This document shows, in pieces, positions 39,226 through 52,384 of a stretch of 64,000 nt of DNA. Within the stretch, counting starts at the first letter, position 1; the number at the start of each line of letters is the position of its first letter. The position numbers and the translations under genes were made by a program. This DNA comes from Phoronis australis. Taxonomy: Eukaryota > Animalia > Phoronida. The notes under the pieces are model-generated. The model did not search any database, was not told where the DNA came from, and saw only the letters and a list, made by a program, of their open reading frames with translations. The stretch spans positions 125,807 through 189,806 of the forward strand of contig NMRA01000562.1 of assembly GCA_002633005.1 (NCBI GenBank), written 5' to 3'.

Positions 39226-39771
39226 TACCACATACTGAACGAGAAACATTGCAATGAATCGATCTACTTTTCTCGACTCGCCTCGGCTTTGTAACTGCTT
39301 TCTATGTCAGAGGCCCGGGGTCGGAGGTCGTGACCTTTTAAGAAAAGCCGAACTATTTTGGTCAAATAAGGCTTTTACTCAAAACCAATTGAAATTGAAA
39401 AAAATAGAAATGAAGTGAATCTATAAATTAAGGTTTAGCAACTATTATGGCTTACTACACATTTCACCACGCTAAGCTTCGACCGGGAAAATATCGTCTG
39501 CTAAAGTAGTTTACCACTAGTAACTGAGTATAATGCTCATGTCAAAGGGTCCCGACGACACGATGCCTGCATTCAAATTGAAGATCGGTGATTTACAAGT
39601 GGGAGAACACGAGAGAAAAATTTATACTGAATTAAAATATCGTTTTTATGGAAATTATGCGTCAAGACCTTATTTTTCATAGCGTATAAATGTCGGTACA
39701 ATGCCCTTTGCTGAACATGCGATTGTTGCGCGTGCGCATTTAGGTATTCTATTTTCACGTTCGATGACGTC

Positions 39772-39852
39772 AGCCGCTGAGTGGTGCAGTGGTAAAGACG
39801 GCGACACGAAACTCTGGCGGCCCGGGTTCGAAATCGGCCTCGGTTTCCCGCC
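39772..39852 (+). mobile_element. tRNA-derived SINE head or pseudo-tRNA
   Basis: A box TGGTGCAGTGG and B box GGTTCGAAATC; no clean cloverleaf. Confidence 0.55.
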
Positions 39853-40449
39853 AAAATGTTATCTCACTAGTGAGATAACTAAATGGGTTATTACACGGTT
39901 TTATTTGCCATTCGACACTAGTATTGTGGTATATTTCGATTTATTTCATCTCATGCAGCAACTCTTGTTTGCATGTACATTTATGTTATGTTTTGAATTA
40001 CTGCAGGGAAATGCTTTTGATGTTGTGCAGGTTAAACTTTGGCACTGAAAATCCATTCTGTTCATTAATGTTGTTATGTCATTGCTGTTAACGCTGCTAT
40101 AAACCTGCCTTTATTCAATTAAACCAACTCTTGATTTTGACTATTTACTGTCTCGGCCCATTCCCTATTTAAAGTGCAAGTGATTCCTGGAATTAGAAAG
40201 AAAGGACATTTCAGCTTATCAAGTTGGCTTGAGACAGCATGTCATGTTTTCTGGGTGAATTCTTTTGAAGCCACGAATCTCATCCTCAATCGGATAAAGA
40301 AACTTACTGAAAGGAGGTTTGATGCGGAAAATGGTGTAAATCAAAAGTTAGTTTATCATTGATGGAATGTGGGTTTGTAGCAACTTTAATAATTCTGTTT
40401 CATTGTACTTAAGTCCTCATCCCATTTTCAGAATAAAACTAGGAAATGG

Positions 40450-40850
40450 TATTGGGCATAAATTTTGTTTATTAGTACCATATAGAAATCACATTTATAT
40501 GTAAATGAGTACTAAGTAGTAGGCTAAACGAATAGATGCATTAGACACATAAAGTACTGAGTCTGGGTAAATAACATAATTTGTTTGACTCCAAGCAAAG
40601 TAGATAAAGAGGTACAAAAATTTGTGACATAACCCTTGTATTGCGAAAATATGTTGGGGTAGGCGCCTTTTGTTGTAGTCCGTGCCTTTGCCGAAGGTCA
40701 GCACACCATTACAGTAGACTGTGGCCAATTCCTCATCTATGACGAAGAAACCGAAAGTCTTGAATCAAAAATAAAAATAAAAATAAAAATAAAAATTTCT
40801 TCATAGCCATGTATAAGAGAAAAAAATCCTTCATTGTCTAGTGTACTTCA
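40450..40850 (+). pseudogene. Weak candidate cystine-knot pseudo-exon (copy K, CxxCxC subtype)
   Basis: EVQKFVT*PLYCEN../FCCSPCLC/GQHTITVDCGQFLIYDEET; interrupted by (AAAAAT)n at ~40767-40796. Confidence 0.3.
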
Positions 40851-41659
40851 GCAGCTGAATACCTTATGTATTGTTGGCAATCCATTGTCATGGCTGTTTT
40901 GGTATAAATACCTAAATTTCAGACAAACACTAAACAAAACTCAAAAAGTGAATGTGTTTTTTTGTGTTTTGTTTAGTTTGCCTCCAACCGGACCTTATTG
41001 TGATCCTGCTAATAATTCATAGACAGTCTTTAATGAATATTCATGTCAGATGCATACAGTCAGGGCCGTGATAATGTTCCCACATCACAATTGCCAAGCA
41101 AAGGTTTAGTGCTGTAATCATTAATAAATAATAGCCTGGAAATATTTTATACAAATTTTCTCAATAAGTAACAATGATGAGTATATTTTCAGATAGTTTA
41201 TTTATTTGCTAAATTGAGTTTTAAATATTTGTCTGAAACATTTATGTGGATTGCGATACCAAATCTCTGTCTTAAGTCACTTTTCACGAAACAGATCCCT
41301 GGGGCGCTAGTACTTAAATTCCTACTTAGCAACTATCGTACTGCCCCTCTCCCTCCGCAGTAGCCACCAATTTCGAGAGGCACCTAAAGCGACGAAACAG
41401 GGGCCCCTGTTTCATGCAAGGCCCTAAGCTTATCTTATTCAGCTCAGTGGATTCCCCGTATGCAACAAATTTTGAACCACCCCACCCCTCCAAGGACAAG
41501 TTGTGGACCATATTTTGCGCAGGGCCCCAAGCAGTAGCTTACACTGTATTTAACTAAATGGATAATAAAGACTGCATACAGTACTAAACGTGAATAAATG
41601 ACAGTATACCAACAGCCCCGTCGGTATTCCCAAATAACACACTCTCAGCCTAGATTGCA

Positions 41660-41865
41660 AATTTGCTTTTTATGAAAGAGTGTTAGGCGAACTTCTCTTC
41701 TTCGAAGCAGTACCGGAAACAGCTGAATATTTGTCTAGTGTATTTGTGTATAATAGTTGTACGTAGATTTCTTTGTATTTATTTAACCCAGATACAATGC
41801 CTCTTGGCGCTTTCTGGGTATTTATATTTATTGTACTGAATATTTCAAAATAAACATTAAATACT
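41660..41865 (+). mobile_element. CR1-like LINE 3' UTR fragment
   Basis: acccagat..aatgcctcttggcg.tttctgggt stem-loop plus aataaacatt, shared with 46830-46905. Confidence 0.65.
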
Positions 41866-41989
41866 ATTTGTCTCGAGTTGAAAAAAGGTCAAACCGCAAA
41901 GCATTATGGGTAACATGCGTTTGTTTTGATCACGCAGATTTTAAGAATATAAAAAATACAAAAAATACGCACAGGCAGCAGATCGACCT

Positions 41990-42722
41990 CATACATGAAC
42001 TTACGAAAAGCTTCAATAAAGTATCAGAAAGTATGTTTCAATGGTTTTTATGCAGATTCACGGAGAATGCCATGCAGAGGTGAGGCCGATATGCAAGCTT
42101 ATACGTCGGTATTTTGCTGTTACATTGGTGTATTGCATTGAATTACTATCTGTAATTGACACACGCTCTGAATACTCACCAATTCCCCGAAAAGAAACAT
42201 GCCATAAATCTCCCTGTCGCAGCTTGTATGGAAACTGCGAAGTTGCGCAAAAAGTGCAAACAAAAGTATTATTGAAGCACTATAAACTCANCATACATGA
42301 ACTTACGAAAAGCTTCAATAAAGTATCAGAAAGTATGTTTCAATGGTTTTTATGCAGATTCACGGTGTTTTTAAATCGAATCATATGACTTTAGACATTC
42401 ATTGAACTCAAAGATATGCATTTTGGTCATGTACGTACTTGTATGGTCATTAGAGGGTGATTTCAGTGGACTTCGAACTTTAGAATAAACATAGGAGAAT
42501 GCCATGCAGAGGTGAGGCCGATATGCAAGCTTATACGTCGGTATTTTGCTGTTACATTGGTGTATTGCATTGAATTACTATCTGTAATTGACACACGCTC
42601 TGAATACTCACCAATTCCCCGAAAAGAAACATGCCATAAATCTCCCTGTCGCAGCTTGTATGGAAACTGCGAAGTTGCGCAAAAAGTGCAAACAAAAGTA
42701 TTATTGAAGCACTATAAACTCA
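41990..42722. repeat. Apparently exact ~300-bp duplication across an N (probable assembly artefact)
   Basis: 41990-42290 recurs after N at 42291; the second copy carries an extra ~130 bp. Confidence 0.85.
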
Positions 42723-42944
42723 CGTTCCACTTTAGCCGCGAAGTTTTGCTCTAGAAGTCCTTCAGTTATAAAACCCTGACAGTTTGTTATTCCTCGATAT
42801 CAAATTCAGTGCTTGAAATGACACGTTGTCAGTAATTCCGAAGTCTTGTAACCATCTTATATGTGACTGATGAACAATTTTAAACCAAACAAGTTTCACA
42901 ACTGTAAGTTTAGTTTGTGATGGAAATGGGGTTTATAGCGTTAA

Positions 42945-45500
42945 AGTCCTTCTCTCACGCGTTGTTAACTCTTATTACATGGTTGCAGGATGTTATAAGG
43001 ATCCAAGAAGTACCTACCCCATAACTAATACACGATCCGTACTCGAAAAAAGTTTAAATGAACGCGTCCCTCACGATTCGCAACCGAAAAACCACCGCCA
43101 TTTTGAACTTGCAGCGAACCCGGAAGTACAATTCATTCAGGAACCCAGGCCGAGAAAACGCCGTCAGTGCGACTGGAGCAGTGCCTGTACTGTTACCAGC
43201 CAGCAAACGGGGATAAAATTATCGACAGCGCGCCTTAATTTTAATAAAATCCAACTACGGACAATTTTATCGAATTTGCTGAAGAAATGTCACAGTGGCG
43301 AATAAATTTTGGCAGAAATTATTTTGCCAGACTCGGGACCGCAGTCTATCGGACCCGTTGCGGATCGAGACCAGACACTGGCGAACGGTAAATGCATGCG
43401 GTTGCAAGCTGTTTTGTAAAATGGTCAAATCATAAATGCTGCATATATTCAAGGGTAGTTTCAGACACTTGCATGGAATTACGGGCTGGTTAATAGTCCT
43501 GTGTCACACTGCCGCGGCAGACCTTAGCCTCAGTCACCAGCTACCAGTGAAGACTATCGTCAAAATACAGCTTGTTAGTAGGCCTATGCAGCTTTGCGCC
43601 AAGGTTACCCTTAGGCCTAACTGGTCGCTGGCCACAGCGCTCGCTCAAACGAGGCCCTTTATTTAGAACTTGGGTACTTCTGGCGAACTGTGCAAAGTTG
43701 TGGGCTTTCGACAGAGATTTTCCCAGACTTTGTATGAGCGCACCAAGCTTAAAAAATGGGGGGGCTAGAATTTTTGGGAATGTCTATTTTTTACTATAAT
43801 ATTCACTGGGTATGTTCAGAGTTATGAATTGCAGACGCTAAATTTTGATACTTCCTGTCTTCTATTAGAATATATCGTCTCGTTTTCTACTCTTTTCGGA
43901 GTTCGTGCTTCTCTGACTGAGGCAGACCTTTTTCCAGTTCTCCAAAAAGGGGGCTCGTTCGAGCAGATTAGTATGACAAGTCCAATACAAAATGTTATCA
44001 TTTTTATTCATTAACCCAAAATGATTCAAACTTTTAACATAATAAGTAACTTAAAACAACATTTAGCATTACAAACACTATTTAACAGCAACAGTTTCCA
44101 TGATATGAAAGTGGACATACATGTAACTATTACCATGGTGACGGAATAGTGTTTCCTTACACCAGAATTTGACAAGCATCATTTAAAAAATGTGAAGTTG
44201 CGAGGAACAAGAATTAGAGGCTTGAAGCTTCACAATCCAACATAACTTATTTCTCAAATTAAGATTATTCATATTGTTGACTTGATAACCTGAATTAAGA
44301 AGCAATAACTTACAAAACATGACTTGAAAGCAATTGAGACTTAAAATTTAGAAAAATATGAATCATTTTGTGACACCGAATCAAGTCTTGAACAGCAGTT
44401 GACATTCAAACAAAAAAACCACTTCAAAATTATTTCAACAATTTTTTTAGCTTAGTGTAAGATCACCTGAATGGGAAATTTACAGTAAAATAATGCGAAT
44501 ATATCTTACATTTTTGCACAAAAAGTTTCTTTTTTGTAGCAACGTTTGTCAAAAGGTATCAACGTTAAATCTTCACAAATTACAAAGTAGCCGATTGAAC
44601 ATGCCTTTCAGTTCAGCCAATGAGCTATTTTTTTGGTTCAGCAAAATTCGCCATGCTGTCGATGCCGCTAGAAATGAGATGAAGTCCAACGGGAATTGTG
44701 AGCACATTTATCACTTATTGAGTAACAACTGCGAGCCTGAAATTTGGTGAACACTGTTGACTCGTGCAAAATAGTAAGTAAAGATATGTCTAACTAAATT
44801 TCACCGCAATTTGTTGGCGAAAACAATTTACACAAAGTTTTAAACTCGTAACTTATCCCGCTGTCCTCCAATATGGCCGACGCGATCCAAACAAAGTGAG
44901 CCAAATTTCGCCACAAAAATTGCAATATCTTTACACTGCTTGCCCCATACTTTTTCGGTTTTTTCTGAGTAGAATGCACTAACTTTCCGATGATAGAAAA
45001 GTACTTTTTCAAAACGAGAAAAAAAAACAAAACGAAAAAAATTGGTTCGACCCATATTGGTTCCTAGGTTCGACCGGCCTACGAAAGGAACTAAACACCA
45101 ATGCTATTTTAACATAATAAGTACGCGTAACATTCAAAAAAAAATCAACGACCACTAACTACAAACTATAAATACACTACATATGCAAATGAATCACGAG
45201 ATATTACTAATAAAACAGAATAATGAAGACTTTTCGAGCAAGCGATAGCACATTTAGTTACAAGGAAAAAATGGCGGTTTTCAGGGCAAGTTCCTGAACT
45301 GATGAGCCGGAAATGTGGGTACGGAAATAACCGATGACAGCCGGTAATTATACGCTCACAGAGAAGGGTCAAATAGTGTTAAAAAATCGCTTTTGGCAAG
45401 AAAGGCGAAAAGAATATAAAGAAAGGGTGTCGAAAATAAGATTTTCTGTAGTAAGTATTTTCGGATACTGGAACTACATGGGCAGTTTGAGAGAAGGACT
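42945..45500 (+). mobile_element. Non-autonomous Kolobok-type element with both ends
   Basis: Perfect TIR AGTCCTTCTCTCA / TGAGAGAAGGACT; TTAA TSD (42941-44, 45501-04). Confidence 0.93.
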
Positions 45501-45789
45501 TTAAAAATAAAGATTTTAAAGTAAATTAACTGTCTCTGAATTTTTAGACTCAAAGAACGTCAGCGTCAGACGGTTTCATTGATCGAGTCAGTATTCTCCG
45601 TTCGGATACTGATGGATGAAACTCGGCGGTGTTTAGACAGCCAAAGCGACGAAATTCCAGGACACAAATTTTCAATACAATATCTGAAAACAGGCTAAAA
45701 CATTGTTTTTACTCTGTAGGACCAAAAGTACCTCAAACCAGAATTTTCACTTACGCAAGAATTAAAAACAGTTATTTTACTCTGAAAAA

Positions 45790-46365
45790 CTAAAAAAACG
45801 ACTCAAGGCCAAAATTTATAACGTCAAGACCCACAATTTATCAAGTCAGGATCGAAAATTTATCATGACCATAATTTAACTCGTCTCTGGACCGAAGATT
45901 TATCTCAGCAAAAAATTCATGCCATGAGACCAAGTGACCTCTATGTACGCAAGGGCTAAGCGTTAAACAGTATATCGCCGACGACTATCATATTATCGTG
46001 ACAATGAATTTGAGTTTCCGTCTCTTCCTCACTTTACAACAGAGGCCAGCACTTGGGACATTTGGCTTGAATATGGCTGAGCATTATAGAGACACAGCCT
46101 CTCTGCGCATTCGATCAAAATGGGAATGATTCACAAGATCTCTGACATCGCCACTCAAACTCTCTCCTGGTCATCGTCCACATGTTCGTGGTCACTAGCT
46201 CGTGTATGGTCATGTGTGACCTCCTGCCACGAAAATTTTCAATCCTGGCGTGAGAAATTTTCTGTCCTGGCATGATAGATTTTCGGGTCTAACGTGTTGA
46301 AGTTTGGTCCCGACGTGATAAATTATAGGTCCTGGCGTGATAAATTCTGCTTTTGAGCTGTTTTG
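45790..46365. mobile_element. Foldback-type element with tandem ~20-bp motifs in inverted termini
   Basis: aatttat(a/c)a.gtca.gac repeats at left; tcctggcgtgataaatt repeats at right. Confidence 0.6.
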
Positions 46366-46519
46366 GTACTGCAGAATTTAAATTCATGAATCGAAAAAAT
46401 GTGACCTGGAATTTTTTCCACTTTGGCTTTCCATACAGATGTGAACATAAAGTTTCTGCCATGAACCAAGAGCTAGACAGACGCAACACTTTATTGACCT
46501 AACAACACGAATTCAGTGT

Positions 46520-46910
46520 TAATATGAGGGTATAGTATATCTCCCATGAGTGATGCTCGCTGAAATTCCGCAATTGTACAACGAAATTAATTTCTTTCTA
46601 TATGGATGTCAAGAACTTAACTCAAACGATAATAAGGTTTTATTTGAAATAGTATCAAAATTTATTTATAACATTAAATCTCTTTGTGTGAGTGGATAGA
46701 ATTTTATACATCTGTATGAAAATGAATTATTTTCATTGGTAGTCATATATCATTGTATTCTTATCATCATTTTTTTATTTATGTATTCTTATATAATAAT
46801 TGCATATAGACTTATTTTTATTTTTTTTACCCAGATCTAATGCCTCTTGGCGTTTTCTGGGTTATGTATATTCATTGTATTCTGAAGATTTCGTAATAAA
46901 CATTTAAAAA
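46520..46910 (+). mobile_element. 5'-truncated CR1-like LINE
   Basis: FLYGCQELNSNDNKVLFEIVSKFIYN matches the typical ORF2 C-terminus (LLYG..L...N..IF..V..FI); followed by 3' UTR stem-loop and A tail. Confidence 0.75.
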
Positions 46911-46914
46911 ATGC

Positions 46915-47800
46915 TCCCTGAAAGTCGTCCATTGATACGTGCTCGCTGACACTATTCTGTTGAAGCTGGGTCGATGAGACGATCACAGTTCTTTCAGACG
47001 TAGCTCCGTTAGCCTTGTAAGGTGATCCATCGACAAGAAATAAGTTTTAAATGTGAAGCCCATGGGCGCCGTCCCAGTGTGCCAGCCAGGTAATTGTAGC
47101 AGGACGTTTGGTTCCTTGCACTTAAACACTCGTTCAGTTTTTGTGTATATCCTGAGAAGGGCACTGTCTTTCGATTCAGTCGTCTTGAAAATAGTTTGTC
47201 AGCAAAGATTATTAATGATCGTTAATGATTTCTCAGAATTACTTAACTTTATCGATCCTTTTTTATATTCTGACCGGAAAGGCTTGCGCAATAAGATAGC
47301 TTTGATCTAAAACGGGAGGTGATGGTAATGTTTTCTAACTTTTCTCATTCAGAATTCCAGTGTGATTTCACAACGCCGTTAACAGTGCAATTTCCCTATT
47401 GCGGTCAATTTGATGGGTATTTTCTCGTTCAGTTGTAGCCGCAGAATTCATGTTGCCTTCTAGAGAAGAAAATCGTCAACTCATTGAAGATTGGCAAAGC
47501 ATCTTCTGTTTTGGCGAAATTATTAGTTGACCAGGAGGTTCATTCTTTGCTGCCGACTTGGAACTTGCAGGTGGAGTAGGGGTGGGGGTCTCGCGTAGGC
47601 GGGGTTGGTCCGGGGACTTACCGCCAACTTGGGTTGGTGTCCCTTGCAGGTATTGTCCTAAGTATTTTCAAATTCTGGTATCGCGTACGGTGGGTATGTT
47701 GTGGTTAGTTGCGCCTTTGTGGAATAGATGGTAAGCCTACCGTCTTTGGTGGAGAAGGAGTGGAGTCGGGCAAGTGTTACGATCAGTTTACACACACTAT
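46915..47800 (-). pseudogene. Cystine-knot pseudogene (copy L) with Pro-rich prodomain, 3' end abutting a LINE
   Basis: TPTPTPPASSKS prodomain; LSYCASLSGQNI; RIYTKTERVFKCKEPN/TSCYNYL. Confidence 0.45.
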
Positions 47801-48391
47801 ACAGTTGCCAAAATGAAAACGCTCGAAGAAAGCTTTGCAGACTCTCAAGGGAACTCGCCAGTCTTGGTTTGTAATTAACGCGGGAATGGAATAGGCCTAG
47901 GCAATTCATTCTGCGACCCATCTTATTTTTGTACCGATAAAAGCCGTAAAAAATTACACATTGTAATAGGCCCATAACGGAGCTACAGTGGCTACTTGTT
48001 GTATGATGTTGCCTATCCTTCCTATGTTACAGTGTCAATGCACACTGTAATTTTATTATTAATAAATTAACAGTGAGTATTAACAGTGTTTTCCACATCT
48101 AAAAATCTAAACAGGTCGCACAGACTGCATATACATTCGAATTTTCTCTTGTTCGCTAATTATTGTAACAAAATATCGTTAGTCCTTGAGTCGCCAGAAA
48201 GGGATCTTTGCAATGATACCGGAATGAGACTCCCATTATCTGTCCCACGCGTACTTTATCCAGACATTCAGACTGAAATCAAGACGTTGGCAGTTGATTA
48301 ATGACAACATTGTCAATGTGCTGTAGTCATGACCGAAGCGATCACACTTCCCTTAATATACGTATTTCATGTTTGGCGTTGATCACTTTAA

Positions 48392-49893
48392 AGGAGAATG
48401 CCACCCAAAAAATAACCTATTTTGTATCAATTTAGTTCGAGTAGTTTTACTCGACAACGGCAGGTTCGGTTGCGTTACCTGACACCTTACGGCAGACGGA
48501 GGTGTTGAAATTATCCAATGACGTATTTGGTTTCACACGCAGTCTGTTCAGCAGTTCACAATACGGGTTAGTGGTGTAAGCTTATCGCTTGAATTCATCG
48601 TTTGACAACAATAAATCGTCAAACTTCGATGTAAAACCCTTAAAAATACACCGAGTTCTTATAAAAACGTGTTGTTATATTTCGCTGTTACGGATATAGT
48701 GGTATTTGGACACACCGTAGCCTACAAAGTTCGGCAGGCCAATAGTGAGCCAAAGAAATAATGTGCACGTAGTTATTTTTTGTGAATTAACCACGAAACT
48801 GAAAATCTAGGTCTGGGGCCGCGAAGTCGGGTTCCCCTTCCACAGACCGTCAGGGCAAAGGTTGTACAGTAACAATGATTTGAATAATGTATTTGTATTT
48901 CTAAATAAAGATTTGTACCTTTGTTGCCTGCATCAAAAGCCGGGCGGTAACGCAGTGGTTTATTCATTGCTGGCTTCTCAAAACATTTGCACTCACGAGC
49001 ACTCCAAGGCATTACAAATTGTATCTAATGAGACAAACTTTGTTTCAGTTTCATATAAGCATTGGTTAGGATCATTTTAGGATGAGAATAATGCATTTTG
49101 AATTAGAACGCAGAATAATAAACAGTGGCGGATCTACGTTTTCAGTAAAGGGGTTGGGGGTTAGGATTGGAGTGAATCCGAGGCGCGTAGCGCCGAGCGG
49201 AACGATGGTCGTGTAAGATTTTTTGTGGTTTTTAGTAGCTGATTTCATTTTTCTGGCGATTTGTTTTTAAATTTTTGTTTTTGATCCTTTCCCGAGGGGG
49301 ATTTGAGCCCCTCTGATAAACGTCTACATGGCAACTCGCCCGGCGCCAATCCCGACTTAGTCAAGAGCTCATCCGACGAAGATTTCAGGGGTTGGATCGT
49401 TAGGTTTCACAGGCTATCAGTTCGTACCGGAATACACTGATCAAAAAATACTAGAGAGGTGCCGTGAACATGCACAGGCAACGGAATGTATGGATAGTTC
49501 TTTGGTAAGCCGGAGTTCGTCAGAGAAATCACTGTCAACGAAATGCCGTCCACAGACAGGGAGATGTTTCACGGTCTCATACGTGCTATTAACAGCATGC
49601 CTTTCACTACCGCGAGCCACTTCCTAAGCATTTCGGGCTTTGAAGGAAGTAGAAAAAACGATATACCCGCTTTCTTCGCAGCTTCCCAGTTCGGACAAGC
49701 GGGAACGATGCACCGCAATATAGCGGCATTCACTCTGTAAACGAACCACTGATGTCGCTGCGTCGTTACTCACCTTCCTCACAGGTTAACGCGACACTTC
49801 TCAGCATGGTGACGTAGACCGTATAAGAGGCGATGTGGATATAGACCGATTAAGACGGTAAAAATGACTAATTAAATCGGGTGGCATTCTCCT
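48392..49893 (-). mobile_element. Kolobok element (internally deleted) with THAP relic
   Basis: Perfect TIR AGGAGAATGCCACCC; TTAA TSD (48388-91, 49894-97); minus strand LRCIVPACPN..GISFFLLPSKPEMLRKWL..VCGRHFVDSDF (~49510-49725). Confidence 0.93.
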
Positions 49894-49897
49894 TTAA

Positions 49898-50278
49898 CTA
49901 CATGTTGTATCTACCAGCTAGCACCTTTGTTGCATAAATACGGATATTCCAATGACAACCCAGTTGCAAAATTAGTGCTAACTGCCCGCACGACTGACAT
50001 GTATATGCAAAGTTGCTCGGTAACAATGCATTGTATTTGCACCTTACACAAACTGAAATCTATTTCATTTCCAGATTCGGAAAGCAGCGGGCGTTTGACG
50101 CTGTCAGCTTGGTGCAGCAAACTGACACCGTCAAAAGCTTACATGTACTTATGATATGTCCACAAGGCAATGGTCATCTGGGTTCCGTTTAAGCAAGGCA
50201 CAATAAACAAACAGCTAAACAGCCGAATGTTGTTGACTTGTGTTTACATGGTGTTGACAGAAAAAGTTGCAAAGTGAC
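49898..50278 (+). pseudogene. Cystine-knot pseudogene (copy M); possible prodomain left of the Kolobok (~48090-48390)
   Basis: TCCIYQLAP..DMYMQSCSVTMHCIC../RCQLG..LTCTYDMSTR/KAMVIWVP..MLLTCV(Y)MV. Confidence 0.45.
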
Positions 50279-50566
50279 GTAGACTTTGCCATGTTGTTGT
50301 TCACTGTTACACATAATTTGTGCTCCGAGATTCAGCATTGTCAATCCGATTTGTACACACGTGTATAATACACATATGCCATCAACTTATGGGTGTGAAA
50401 TTAAACTATCCTGTTTAGACCGATGTCAACCAGAACCAAAGGCAGCTATGAACAAGCCATGCAGATAAAATACAGTAAATATTGAACTGGTATTTATAAT
50501 TGTAGGCTTCAACTCCAAATTTCTGTGTATAATAAATGAGGAGTCTTTGACGTGATGTCCTTCAGT

Positions 50567-51205
50567 ATGCCTCACACAAAACAGTTCGAGTTTCTGGTTC
50601 TCTGGGATTATATGTTGCATGCACTTTATACCAAAATAATCAATCCAAAAGTATCGGACTCCGTTCAGTCATGGAGAATGACGGATTATGCAGCAAAAAA
50701 GCTACAACTTGGGGTGCCATCTTGTCACAACAGATCGTAAAAGGCTATCATCATTTTTGCAGGAACAACCGGGGCAGAAGCTTGAAACCCGTACTAAAAG
50801 ATGGAGCTGAAACTTTGTGGCGATAGGGTAGGACGAATTGTGGCTAATCCAGGGATCGAAATAGGTCGGACGAACGGAGATATTGTGACGACTGGGACCT
50901 TGCCTCCTTTTATGGCTTAAAGACCCCGAGTTATCTTAGTTCCAAAGTCAAATATTTACATACCGATGGATCCAGGGTTGCTTGGACTTGTGCTGGTACC
51001 CCCCTCCCCCACTATACACAGAAAGTATATGGACGATGTCACCACTTCCCAGAAACTTATAACTTGGAGCACCGCCCCCTTCTGAAATTCTGGATATGCC
51101 CCTGGTTTACATTTGATCCTAAACAAAATGACCACTCCAACTAGTAAACGTGAGGGACATTACGTTCCTAGGTCTATAAACACTTATTTCTTTAATTGTC
51201 TTCTG
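50567..51205 (+). pseudogene. Neurotrophin-like pseudogene (copy N) with a small insertion at ~50995-51105
   Basis: RTKR furin site/ELKLCGDRVG..PGIEIGRTNGDIVTT..*RPRV..MDP/GCLDL [insertion] GHYVPRSINTYFFNCLL. Confidence 0.55.
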
Positions 51206-51459
51206 AATCTGCTTTGTTGTGGTGATGTACAATCACAATTGGAATTTACAGGTATGTTTTCACCAACCTCCAATATCTCATCAAAACGATGTTTCAGCCC
51301 TTCATTTTCCCCACCACCTTAAACTAAGAACGGAAGACTGAAGGTGGTTACAGAAATGACCAGCCGAAACGTTGTTCCATGAAATGTTGGAGGTAGGTAG
51401 AAATAAACCTGAAAAACACATCAGCTCTTCCGTGCATTGTAAAGTTCATGACAAAATGT

Positions 51460-51803
51460 TTCTTTTTCAAACGTAGACACTTTTACTGGAAAACGCAGAA
51501 TTGAATCATTGCATATACTGACGACTCCAGCTTCAGTAATCCTCCTACCGGGGAACTCATTTTGCTACTGAATCAGCACGCCAGCTCCCAGATGAGTGGC
51601 CTGGAAACCTTGCTGCTTGGAAACCTTGCAGCTAGTAGGCCTATTCCCTGTGGGCCTCCGGTCTCAAAGACGTGTCGCTTTACAGTTTCAGTTGTAAAAT
51701 CCACGGCGGTTCGATAATCTGTTTGAAAGTTTTCACTGTCAACCTCTCGGAAGAAGCATGAGATTTGGATAACACGGACATCGTGTTGGTGTGTTGATGT
51801 CAT
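51460..51803 (-). pseudogene. Cystine-knot pseudo-exon (copy O)
   Basis: ISCFFREV..DYRTAVDFTTETV (cf. BDNF KKTAVDMSGGTV)..GPQGIG/TSCKVS..DSILRFP/*KCLRLKK. Confidence 0.55.
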
Positions 51804-52384
51804 ATATACTAAGCACCAGACTCACGAGTTTCATTTAAGTTCACATTTTGAAGACTGGTAAAACTTCCCAATTCTGTCCATTTCTATTTTTGTCACAAAC
51901 GTTTAGAAAGGACTAAGTGATTTGGAAATAAGCGTACCACGGCCACAGGAACAGAACGCCCGATACTATCGAAGTGAGTGGAATCAATCAAAACTGATCG
52001 TTTTCCATCTATGCGTTAACTTAATTGTACACTATAAAGGGTCGGATTTCATATGCAGTATGTCATTTTTCTGAGGCGGTCTGCGGCTTGAAAGAAATAA
52101 CTAACGAACGGAGGGTATTTCCACCAGTACCCACTTTAACAAAGGTGGATTAAACAAGTAAAAAATAACCCGTAAACTTACCAATACTTCTCACTTATTC
52201 TTACATTTTCGCAAAATTCCAAGTTCTTTTTAGTCAGAACATCATTCTTACTTTATTTCATTTCCCATTCGGTACATACTGATAATGCAAAAATGCTTAA
52301 ATTTGGTCCGCCCCGAAGAAAATAGCCAAATCATCGGAGGGCCAGTTTTCTGGAAGGCAGATGAATTTTTAACGGATAGTGTTT

